NCBI RefSeq assembly: GCF_001194135.2
Contig: NC_068991.1
Span: 43,359,062-43,423,061, forward strand
DNA from: Octopus bimaculoides
Taxonomy: Eukaryota
Direction of reading: 5' to 3'
Length of the DNA: 64,000 nucleotides
Shown here: piece after piece, positions 1 to 12,600 of the stretch
Layout of the letters: the number at the start of each line of letters is the position of its first letter
Numbering within the stretch: the first letter of the stretch is position 1
Notes under the pieces: generated by a model
What the model saw: the letters and a program-made list of their open reading frames with translations, nothing else
What the model was told of the DNA's origin: nothing
Databases searched by the model: none
Program-made: the position numbers and the translations under genes

Positions 1-1308
1 TCTGTTTATATCTTGAATAAATGAAACTATTGACATGTCATTTTGACAATGGATATTTATTTTCCACGAAAACAAAATCACACACACACATTCAGGCCTA
101 CAAGGACATCCACACATGCATAAATTGCTTTCACTCACACACAAATGGATGCCAATAATGAAATGTACATGCATAAATTGTTTTCACTTACAAATGCACA
201 CAAAAGATTTTCCAGGGATAAGAAGAGACAGAGCAGAAACGTGATAAATGAATACAAAACAGTTTTTAATAATTTACATAAATAAATTAGAGCAAAGCTG
301 TGTGTGGGGGTATCAAATGTTTAATGATAAAGCATAACTTCTAAAAAAACAAACAAACAAAAAGACAACACTACATTTGAATAATAATAGTTTAGTTTAT
401 AAAGTAAAGCAGATCTTCTGTGTGTGTGTGTGTGTGTGTGTGCATGCGTGCACATGCAAAAGTGTTTTATTGTTTGGGATACATTTGATATGTAATAAAA
501 CTTAGTACAACCAAACTCTAGACAGCAGAAGAATGAGGTGAGGAATTTTAACCTAATTAAATAAATTTGAGAACAGCTTGCGATGAAATATTTCAAACTA
601 AAAATATTAAACTTGCAATTGATGTTAAGTTATAATATAAGATTGATATGAATCTTTTCTCATAGCTAAAAGCCAGAATTCAACTTTCAAAATATTTAAG
701 CAGAATGTTAATAGCTTCACCAGCCTTGGCGGGGCTGCAAAGAGCATGGCCTTTCCCTCCAAATCTGGATAATTAAAAAATCCAGGAAACTAATAGTGGT
801 CTGCATCAGCAAAATTTGTATTTATTGCTTAAGTTTAAAGTTAAAAAAAAACAAAAAACATTTGAGCTGCATTTTCTTTCTTGATGTGAAAGAAAAGAAG
901 ATATATATGTATATTTCTAATAGTTGTATTTAGTTGTATAAGGATATCACAATTTCTAGTAAAGTTTCTTGCTTTTCTTTTCCTTTTTCTAACACAGACT
1001 AAACTAATCAGCCTATTCATAGCAGTTGTAACACCAACAGCACACACTTGGAAGGTAACATTATGTATATAGGCATGTAAAACCAAAAATGGCAACTAAA
1101 CTTATTGCAAAGATATTGATTAATATATGCCATACAGGGGTCGGGGGATAATGTCAAACATTTAAGGCTTAATGAGATACTTTAAAAATACCAAATTAAA
1201 TTCATCTTCCTACCTGGTTAATGTTTAACTTTAATCTTTAAGGTTAAAGTGAGTTTAACTGTTACAGGATACAGTATATGCTTTTTCTTAAATTTGCAAT
1301 TAGTATAT

Positions 1309-1357
1309 CTTTTACTTGTTTCAGTCATTAGACTGTAGCCATGCTGGAGCTACACCA
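1309..1357 (-). repeat. Isolated family A SINE tail fragment
   Basis: 40/42 identity to the reverse complement of the tail of the 1985-2403 copy. Confidence 0.85.
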
Positions 1358-1670
1358 TAATCGTTAAATTTCTCAAGGGATTTGATCCAGATCAGATATT
1401 TTTTAAGTTGTTGAAATAGAGCATATTGATACATTGTATATATAAATATATATATGTCTGTGTGTGTGTGAGCACATATATTATTATTAAGACTATCATA
1501 GTGTATAAGGAGCAAATATGTCAATTCAGAAATGTTTTAATGAGACCATGAAGTACACAACTATATCAGACATAATTTTTATAAAATTATATTTCATTTC
1601 TAGAAAAGATTAACAAAAAAATCTTACTTAAAATATCACTGAGTAAAATATTATTTGTCTTGTGCCTTAC

Positions 1671-1760
1671 CTACTCTCCAATGAAAGAATCTTGTCCTCT
1701 TTTATTTCTGTATTTTTCTTTATAGCATCTTGCATCATATTTTCAAAGATCTGGAACCGA
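1671..1760 (-). CDS. Girdin: Girdin exon (90 nt, phase 2 to 2): [29 protein letters not shown](R)
   Basis: ctgcag acceptor, gtaagg donor; matches SRYKLLESKLESTLKKSLEIKEEKIAALEAR; not in ORF track. Confidence 0.92.
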
Positions 1761-3500
1761 CTGCAGTGAAATTTAAAAAAGAGAAAAAAGAATGAGTTTA
1801 ATAAAATTAACTCAAATATAAATTTATTAAACAAATTAACTCAATCTTATTGATATTTGTTATGTTCCTGCATTCTTAAACCAATTCATTGATGACAGGA
1901 TTTATAGCTAACATAATATGTATTAGTAACCAATTGCATAGTACTTAATTTAGATATGAACATGATTTATAATTAGAACTGTGATGAGTGGCTGTGTGGT
2001 AAGTAGCTTGTTTACCAACCACATGGTTCCGGGTTCATTCCCACTGCATGGCACCTTGGGCAAGTGTCTTCTACTATAGCCTTGGGCCGACCAAAGCCTT
2101 GTGAGTGGATTTGGTAGACAAAAACTGAAAGAAGCCCGTCGTATATATGTATATATATATATATAATATGTATGTGTGTGCGTGTACATGTTTGTGTGTC
2201 TGTGTCCCCCCAACATCGCTTGACAACCGATGGTGGTGTGTTTAGGCCCCCGTAACTTAGCAGTTCGGCAAAAGAGGCCGATAGAATAAGTACTAGGCAT
2301 CCAAAGAATAAGTCCTGGGGTCGATTTGCTTGACTAAAGGCGGTGCTCCAGCATGGCTGCAGTCAAATGACTGAAACAAGTAAAAGAGTAAAAAGAGTAA
2401 GAGTATACAGCAGTGAAGATGCGTGGCTTAATGGTTAGAGTATTCAGCTCATGATTGTAAGGTTGTGGGTTCAATTCTCGGCAACATGTTGTGTCCTTGG
2501 GCAAGACACTTTAGTTTCACATTGCTTCAATCCACTCAGCAGGCAATAATGAGTAGTACCTGTATTTCAAAGGGCCAGCCTTGTCACATTCTGTGTCATG
2601 CTGAATCTCCCAGAGAACTGCATTAAGGTACATGTGTCTGTGGAGTGCTCAGCCACTGGCACATTAATTTCATGAGCAGGCTGTTCTGTTGATTGGATCT
2701 TTTAGTTTTAGGGAAAGACCATGTTTTTTTTCAGGTACATTTAACATTTCCTCTACAAACTCCAAACAAGCCCTACTCCCTTCCTTTTTTTTCATACAAA
2801 AACTAATGCAAATTTTGAATGGGGTATAACTGTGAAAAGAGCTGAGAAAAATAGGTAATGCCCCCTAAAAAATGGGTGGGGGAGAAAAGTTGCCAACAAG
2901 TGGCTATATGAAATTTAACTCTATACTTTAAAGAATGTTTTCTACTATAGCCTCAGGCCGACTAAAGCTTCCTGAGTGAATTTCATAGACAGAAACTGAA
3001 AGAAGCCTGGGATATATATATATATATATATATTTATGTGTGTGTTTGTCCCTCCACCATCACCATTGCTTGACACCCAATGTTGGTGTGTTTGTGTCCC
3101 TGTAACTTAGCTGTTTGGCAGAAGAGACTGATTGAAAAAGCACCAGGCTTACAGGGAATAAGTCCAGGGGTTGATTTCTTAGACAAAAGGGCAGAGCTCC
3201 AGCATGGCCACAGTCAAATGACTGAAATGAGTAAAAGAATAAAAGAATACCAGAAGAATGTTCTGTACCACTAAACCAAGAAAGTTCTTTGAATATGTAC
3301 AATGCATTTTAAGGCTAAATAGTAACTATGTTTACATTTGTGTAACTGAGATATTTTGGTTGGATTACATAGTTATCGGTTTTACACTTCTTTCTATATT
3401 CAAGTGTCACAATATAGAAACATTTCTCATAGCACAACACACAATTTACAGATGCTTACATTTTTTATATTTTCTGTGAAGTTTTCAAGGGTCCAGCAAG

Positions 3501-3531
<31 letters not shown>

Positions 3532-6500
3532 GAACTAGCAGAATCATTAGCATGCTTCGTAGTGTTTCTCCCGTCTTTATGTTCTGAGTTCAAATTCAGC
3601 TGAGGTTGATTTTACCTTTCATCCTTTCAGGGTCGATAAAATAAGTACCAGTTGAACACTGGGGCCAATGTAATAGACTACCCACTCTTCTCAAATTTCA
3701 GGCCTTGTGCCTCTAGTAGAAAGGATTATTATTATTAGGATGAAGAAATTGTTGTGAACAGCAGATGACTGGATAAAACTTTTATTCTATTTTTAAAAAA
3801 AAAACCAAATTGTGGACTGAATTTAAGATTCCACTAGGTTCAACTTCTGTTGATTTTTCTCAAAACGACATTATAAGCATCAGTAATATACTCTGTAGAT
3901 GCCAACCGCCAAAAATTTAAGCCAAAATAATTTATCATGATAATATAGATTTTTAAATTTTAGATCTAAAGATTATCATTTCAAAACTGAAATTTTTATG
4001 TTCTGGTGACAACTGCTATCAGTGCTCTCTAGAATGAAAAGGACAATAACATTGTATTAAGTTATGAGGGATGTAATTAAGCTACTGGACTGGCAATGAG
4101 TGCAAGTGTGAGGCATTGAATTGCATCAACCAACAAGACACTTCTTACACTTTAGTCATCTTAGCAAAAAGCTTACACATCCACTTTACAGAGCAGTTAA
4201 TATAAAATTGTGAAAAACTATGTAGTTCATGCCAGCATTAGGATGGAAATGAGCAGAAAATTATGATCATATGCTGGATAACAACAGTCATATTCCCACA
4301 TTAAGATAAATAGTATTTTATAGCCAAGGATGTTTGATAGATGGTTCTAACATATCTTGGTATGCTAAATTTTCTTTAAAATACTATTTCAGGAAAGTCA
4401 CTGCCAACTAAACAATATTGATTGGAAAAAGTATTCCTTTGTAAGGTTTACTATTATATCTTCATTTACCTTCATCTAGAATAGCATCTACATTGGCTAA
4501 TTGATTAATATCTCATTCTGGAGATTCCTATTTCAGTCAGAAAAGTATAGAACCAACATTAACAAGACTGAAAGCATTGATATCACTCCTATCTGGTTTA
4601 TACAGAGATTATATTTGGCATTTCTATTTAGTATCTTCCAGCAAGATCCTCTTATTTGGTGGCCATCATTTGTAATGCACCAGGTTAATAGGGGAAGGAA
4701 GTAGAGGAGGGGAAGAGGTGGCAACAGAGAAGTTAGCAAGAAATATTTTTTTATTTTGATGATCAGGGGAAGAATACCTTTCATCTGATTCATGATTCTT
4801 CATTAGCTCTTCTCTCTTGAGACCGATCTGTTCCAGTTCTTGACCAAGTTTCTCTCGTTCATTCAGAAGCTGTTGCATCTGAATCTTCTCATTTACCAAA
4901 TCCTGAAAGGAAAGAAATGTCTGCTGAAAAATTTTGAATTTATTGAAAAAAGTGAAATGTACTTAGAAATAGTTTGAAATTTGAGGTACTGAATGCTTTT
5001 TTCTTTTACTTTCTTGCAAGAGAGAAAACAGAAGTTGTATGATGGTTTAAAAAAAATAGACAAAATATTATAATTAAAGTATACTGATCAAGATTTCATA
5101 TAATTTCTTTGCTATGAGAAAAACGAATCATTAGAATTCAGTACATGCAAAATAATGGAAAAAAAAATTTCTTTTAATAATGAAAAAAATATCTGAATAT
5201 TGAAGAATAAATAATTTAGCAGTTGATGTTTGTCAATTACTACTGCCTTCAACAATTGAAATTTTTAACATTAATCTGATCAAATCTTCCTATATGTTTA
5301 TTCAATCAAAAACGTATGTTGTATGCATAATCTTTTCTCTTTGGTTAAAAAATAAACAATAAAAACAAAATACCATAAAGATAAGGGGTAAAATACTTGG
5401 AAAACCCTCCCCACCCAACAAATGTATTTCAAATCTGGCAATATTACAGATCATCGAATGATATAAATATGAAAAGAAAACCTTAAATAATTTGTCAGCA
5501 ACCAAATGTAAATTTATAACCTGGTTTTGAATTACAGTGAGAACTATATGTTTTTGTTCTTTATCTTATAAAAGTCTTTCTGAAAAACTATATGAATATT
5601 TTCAAGTAAGATATCTCTAGAGTATTTCAAAAGTGACTTTGTAAGACTATGCCTTACTTGAAGATTTCTTACAAAATTGGCTTTGGAAACATTAAGGTTC
5701 AACAACTTCAATAACTAAGTTATAGCATTCAGATGCTGGTTTAGTGCTGGCTAGGGATCTTGTGTGTCTACTTATAGCTGAAAAATTGAGTATTCAGTAG
5801 ACAGAAGAAACACTTCAAGAAAGAAAGGGTGTCATTAATCATATGTAGGGTAACCTTAGCTTTATCAAAATAACTGTGATAGACCATTAATTTAGCTGAA
5901 GTGTATGCATTTGAAGAAAGTTAAAAAAAAAGAGCCAGTCATCATATACAAATGACTATGGCTTCATAACAAGTACCATGCTTTTGCTAATTGTTTTAGG
6001 TGCCTATGTAGGTGTGAGCAAACATAAATACACTTTTGACTCTCCTATCCAGAATGTGACAATTGGAGCAGACAGAGATGCACCAGTTCTTGGCTGGTAC
6101 CCATTATCAGATGAGTAAACTGGAGCAATATGAAATTAAGTGTTTTGCTCAAGGTCACAATGTACCACCCAGTCCAGGAAGTGAAACCTCTGACGTTATG
6201 ATCTTGAGTTGAACATTCTAACCACTCTGCTATGTATCTTCCTTGAAGAGAGTAGCAGGTGGAGAAAAACAACAATAAACAGATCTTGATAATATGGTGG
6301 NNNNNNNNNNGGGGGGAAGCTGTACTACCACATTATTTTACCAGATACATTACAGAACAATGTTAATGTGACAGACAATATGCATGAGGAATGGCAGGGG
6401 CAGGTTAGAGATAAACAACTAACAGTAAAGAAAGGGATGAGATGTTGGAGCCAACTGGAATAAATACAGAAAGTGTGATGATGGTTGCTTCTCAGAGAGC

Positions 6501-6616
6501 TCTATGGAGGAAGAACCTGAGGATACTACTCACTAGAGCCCTCCCAGGAATAGTGGGTGGAGATGATGGATACTTTCTCTCCATTATATTTTAGAAGGCT
6601 CTTATACTTCAGAATA

Positions 6617-6697
<81 letters not shown>

Positions 6698-9600
6698 TAA
6701 TGGTCTTCAGATACTATCATATAGCAATAGGTTTTTGGTGAAATGACTTCTTTAAGTTGCAAAATCTTATAAGAGAGTAAATGTCCTAACTCTCCATTTC
6801 ATCTCACCTATAAATAAATATTTCCTTAATGATATAAGTATTGAAGATAAATATGTGAGAAATAACTATATATAATTCTCATTACTGGCATTTACCTATT
6901 CAGTTTCCTACATATATTAGGAAAATGATATTGAATGCCTCATGTTAACAGCCACTGATATTGATGAAATGATTTCTTTTGAATAGGTACAAATATACTT
7001 TAAAATATTAGTGGATTATGCAGAAATTCATCATACCATTATCATATATAATCAACTGAAATGATCTCAATATACTTTATTGTAAGCAATAAAATCTGAT
7101 TAAAAACTTAGATACAAAATTGGATTGTGTTACACTGCTCTGCTAATATTGATTTCTTATACATGTATTATCTTCATTATGTTAGGGAGTCAGTAGAAAT
7201 AATAGGGATAATTCAATCCAACTTATTTTCTGCTTTACAAATACAGCTTTTGTTATAAACATCAAACTCCTAAGAAATAAATGAGCCAGCTTCTTTGTTG
7301 ATACAATTGCATGTGCAAATTGTGTGTATTTGCAGTCATATCATGATGTAACTTGCATCAACAAACTGTACAGGAATGATAGACTACAATTATACAATTC
7401 AAGAAATTACTAATAGGAATTCTTGCATTTATCCAAGAAAATACATAACTACACCATAAAACTGAAAATGGAAACAAATGAGAAGAGTCTAAGATAGACT
7501 GCCAATATATTGAACATTAAACCAAACTCACTTATATCAGAATTATGAAGAAGAAATAGTGATGCCATATATTTATACATACATAACAATTTAACACAAA
7601 CACAGTCTGCTACCCAAAGTCATGCCTAAAGTAAGTAATAATCAATATTCAGAAAACACTTGCACTAGCTCAAACATTGGCATATGATCAATACAAAAAC
7701 AATGAAAAATGATAATTCTTTGAAACTGAGAAATTAAACCAGCTTGAGTTTCTCATTTGAATTCTTTATTTTTTTAAAAATGCATTAGATGAGATTTAGC
7801 TATAAGCATGCACATATATATATAGGATTTATTTCTGAAATTGTATAAATATAAGCATGAAAAGGTACACACACACATGATCCTCTGTCAGGTTCAGCAA
7901 TGGCTGTTCAGTTGTTTGATTAACTGTATTACTGACTTGCTAGATTAATGTGCAAGTGGATGGCTATTTGATAAATTTAAAATTTGACACATATTCTGGT
8001 GCTTCATATAATATTTATGAAAATACTTTTAATATAATGAAATTGAAAAAATCTAAGCCTACAACTTTATGACAAAAAAAAAGAGAAAAAAGAAAAAATT
8101 ACTATAGGCACAGGCATGGCTGTGTAGTAAAAGAAGTTTGCTTCCCAACCATATGATTCTGGTTCAGTCCTACAGTGTGGTACCATGGCCAAGTGTCTTC
8201 TACTATAATTTCATGTTGACCAAAACCTTGTGAGTGGATTTGGCAGACAGAAACTGAAAGAAGCCTATTATATATCTATCTCTCTATATGTGTGTGTCTT
8301 AGTGTCTATGTTTGTCTCCCACTAGCTAGTGTTGGTGAGTTTACATCCCTGTAATTTAGCAGTTCAGCTAAGGAAAACAATAGTCGTAACAAAAATAAAA
8401 AAGTACTGGGGTCAATTTGTTTGACTAAAAATTCCTCAAGGTAATGCTCCAGCATGGCTGCAGTTTAATGACTGAAACAAGTAAACATAGAGGATATAAC
8501 TGTGGCTAGGCTGTATACCACCAATTTAATTATTAGGTTTTTTTTTTAATCACACCATAACATGATGTAAGTTTAGGAGAGAAGTGGGTTGAATCTTTAT
8601 TACAAACTATAAAAACAGTTGGAATAGACAAATAATCAACATTGTTATTAGGCAGTTTAGAAACTTGCAAAACAAACAATGTGAATGCTACAGCTCTATA
8701 CGAGTTCATAAAATAATTTTAAAAAAATGTTTTATCTTGAGAAGCTGAACATTTTCAACTAAAACTAGTCATCAATAAGAATGATATTCTACTGAGACAA
8801 CCTTTAACCATCTAGCATTCAGATTACTCAGTTCAATGTATTATTTATTCACATTGTTTTGAATTAATCATACATTATCTTGTAGCTGCAGGATTTTGAT
8901 AACACGATTGTTTTACAATGACATTATAGGGGAGGTGTGAGAGACCAGATCTGCTTGGGTTGAACATAAAAGAGGTAGAATATTTGGGCCTGATATGGCT
9001 TGTTTGAATGCTAAAGGGTTAAGGCAGATCCAATTCTAAAATTAAAATTCATGAATTTCCACTGTTAGTTGTGATTAAGAAGTAACTTGGATGTATCAAA
9101 TAGATGCAACATAAAACAATTAGCACCTTCAGGTTTGTGTTGGAGGTAAGTTTAGGAGTCTCAGAATTCCAGCAAATAATATGCAGATCTTTTTAAAAAA
9201 CCAAACTAACATAAGCAATGTTTCAAGAGGGTGTGATAGCAGACAAACCAGAAATACAAATTACTGAGAGAATGTCCATCAATTCTGAAGAAAAAAATCT
9301 CTCCATACTGAATTAGGAAAAATGTGTCTTTAAAGAAAAATAAATATTGAGTGGTTTGTATAAAAGAATATTTAATGAATGAATAGAATTAATTTGAACA
9401 AAATGTCTTTTACACATTTTAAAAACGGATTAGCAAATCCTTCCTTTCCTTTTTCTTTCCCCCTCCCTACGTTTAAAATATACTTCTCATCTAGCTTGTC
9501 TGTTGTAACTTCTATATGTATACACCAAGAGATGTTCATATGCGAGCATGGTTGTGTACATATATGTACATGTGTATATGTGTATTTGTGCGTATATTTT

Positions 9601-12600
9601 TATGTCTTACATATATATGCCTGTATATGTATGTGGTCTGTGTGCATGCATATGTGTATTTTGATGTATATATGTATATTATAGATGGTCTAGCATGCGT
9701 ATATACTGTTGTAAGATATTTATGTAATGCAGCGTGAAAATTTTAATTTTAATGTATTAATTGAATTATATGTCGTATATAATTTTTTACAATATGTATT
9801 TTGAATTCACTCCTTGATTTAAGGTTCTCTTTGATTTTTATAATAGGATGAATTTATATTGAATTCATTTATTTTGTTTATTCTGTTCATTGCATGCCTA
9901 AGACCGTTAACTGAAAAGACCCCGTGTAATCAACCCCAGTACTTCTTTTTTTTAAGGTCTGGTACTTATTCTATCAGCCATTTATACTGAAGATATGCTA
10001 AGTTATGGTGGTATAAACAAACCAGCATTCATGTCAAGAGGCGGTGGGAGACAAGCCTCTTTCAGTTTCCGTTTACCAAATCTCTTTCTCAATCTACTCT
10101 CTCATCCTTTCTTCTAAGTTCTGGGTAGCTATGTAGCACCTCTACAACAAGGAACCAGTTCTGCTTTGCCTTCTTTTCTGCCCCTCATCTCCTGGCATAA
10201 AGCCACCTCTCTAGGAGTTTGTAGTCAGCTGGTGGCACAAAAAAAAAGCACCCAGTAAAAGCTGTAAAGTGACTGGCATTAAGAAGCCATGCCAGTCATA
10301 GAAACCATGCCAAAGTAGACAATAGTACACAACACAGTCATTGGGCTCATCAGAACCTGTCAAACTGTTTAGTCTATGCTAGTATGGAACATGGACACTA
10401 AATGATGAAATTGTATAAAAATCTGAAGACATTTTCAGTCAGATAGACTACATCTTTTTATAAAGAATTGGTTATCTTTTGAACAAGGAACCCATATTTT
10501 TTAAATAATTAAATCACTAGATAATTTTATGTTAAAAGCCAATTAATACAAAAATAAGCCATAAGTCATCTAGCAGATAACAATTATGTTTGCATGTGTG
10601 CTACATACATAGTATTTTAGTTTTCTTTCATAAAAGTACTTAATATATATTTATATATAGTGGAATTGTATCAAGTGCATATGTATTGGGGGGGGGGGGG
10701 GTACAAAATCAAATCCTCACTTAGTTTCATAAACTTCCTTATTTCATCATGGCCACTGATTTTCAATGATCAAAACAAATGTCTGAATACACATGTGTGC
10801 ACATGTACACACATACACAATGAAAAAAAAAGAGGTCAATATATAATTGAAAAAAAAAAAAACTAGAATTTTAAGTTGATAGCAACTTGTTGACATATGG
10901 TCACACCCTAAGTCATTCTTGAGTTATGAGTCAAACATTTCTTATTTGAACACATTACATTTGTGTAACATTGAGAGGAATGTAAAAGCTTTAAAACAGT
11001 TGTCACAAATGGATAACATTTTAATGAAGAGACTATACTTCGCCTACACAAAAAGGAAGTTGAAGAGGAATCCACAAATAATTTTATAGCTATATATCTA
11101 TCTACAGAAGAATTTAAACTATCAAAATATAAAAAAATGGAATTTTATCACATATAGATTTTCATTGATTTAGTTACTAAAACATTCATATTTAGATGAG
11201 ACTGTCAACACTTCACACTCACGTTTTCAAACTCTGTTGCTAAAAAAGGTAATCACTAGAAGATTTAACTGCAATAAAAAGGAGCCTAATAAAGGATCTC
11301 CATATGCTGATGCCTGCAATGTGGCACAGGTAAATCCAAAGACCAATATTTTGATGATCAACAGAATAAATAAATAGTAGTAGTAAAGTATTCTTAGTAA
11401 TTTGTAACTGTCTTTTTTTTTGTTAGATATAAGGCAGTTAAAAAAAAAAAAACAAGGATAAATTTGATTGATTAGGTACAAAGATATTACTGTTACTTTA
11501 TTGATATGAATTTAAAAGGATGTGGTGCCAGCCTATAGGCAGTAACACTTCAAGATCATTCATTTCTATGCTGACACAATGGTAGAGTATATTATCAAAA
11601 TATGTAAGAAAGGATTTTCCTAATGAAAACAATTTTACATCGCATATTCAAATTGTTTGATAAAATCTTGAATATTTAAAACTATTTTAAAAAGAACTCT
11701 AGATGGTTTTGATATTGGTAAGAGGAGTTAAACATTTCAGACCTTTCTTTTGCAATTTAAATTCATTAATTGATCAACAGTTTTTAAGTGAGATTTATTA
11801 GTCAAAAATATTTTTTGTTTTCATACAAAAATTCCATTATTATATATAAAAAGAAACAACTACATCTGGAATGGCCTAACAAATAACAGAAAAATATGAG
11901 TTAATTAAAGTCTTTGAAAACTATACTTAATGTTCTTTTCCAAGTACAATTCTGAAACTACTGAAAACATTCAACTGAATATTTTGTAACATATAAGAAA
12001 ATCAATCTTTTAAATTATAAATGTGGACATTCAGAATTCCTGTAGTCAGTATTTCTGAAGCTCACTGGGGAGACCTATGTTAAGCAATAAATTATGGAAA
12101 AGTAGATGTCTCTTTGTTTTGTTTCACTAAATAAGCAGGTGTAAGTATGCTAATACTATAAATGGGTATAATTTGTTGTAGTAGGCAGAATGGTGTTGTA
12201 TAACTGATGGAGGTTTTGTTGGCTTGTAGAGCCTGTTCTACTAGACTTGCTCTTCTACATTATTCAGTAGCCATCTCTTAATCTTGAGAATGTCAATCAA
12301 AGCAGTGTTGTTGTTCTTGACATAAGGATCAACCTTCAGCTGAGTTTGCCAGAAGATACTCTCTACAGTACATCAATCACTCATCCCTTAGATCAGATGT
12401 TTTCTACCAGATGAGTCCATCTTATCTCAAACTCTCTATGTCTCACATTCCACCAACTCACATACATTGCAATCTATCACATTCTTTCTCTGTTGTATTA
12501 GTGACGTTCACTTTATAATTTCTAACTATAAATACAAATCTTGTAGATAACACCACACTCCTTAATTCTGGAATCTAGATAAAATTCACATGCAACCTAG

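Noticed and set aside
1985-2060. tRNA-like sequences at SINE heads (also 2417, 29500, 33987)
   Set aside because: They continue into repeated SINE bodies and lack a complete cloverleaf; not called as tRNA genes.
6310-6560. Possible LINE 3' coding remnant (...ASQRALWRK)
   Set aside because: Too degenerate to assign by eye.
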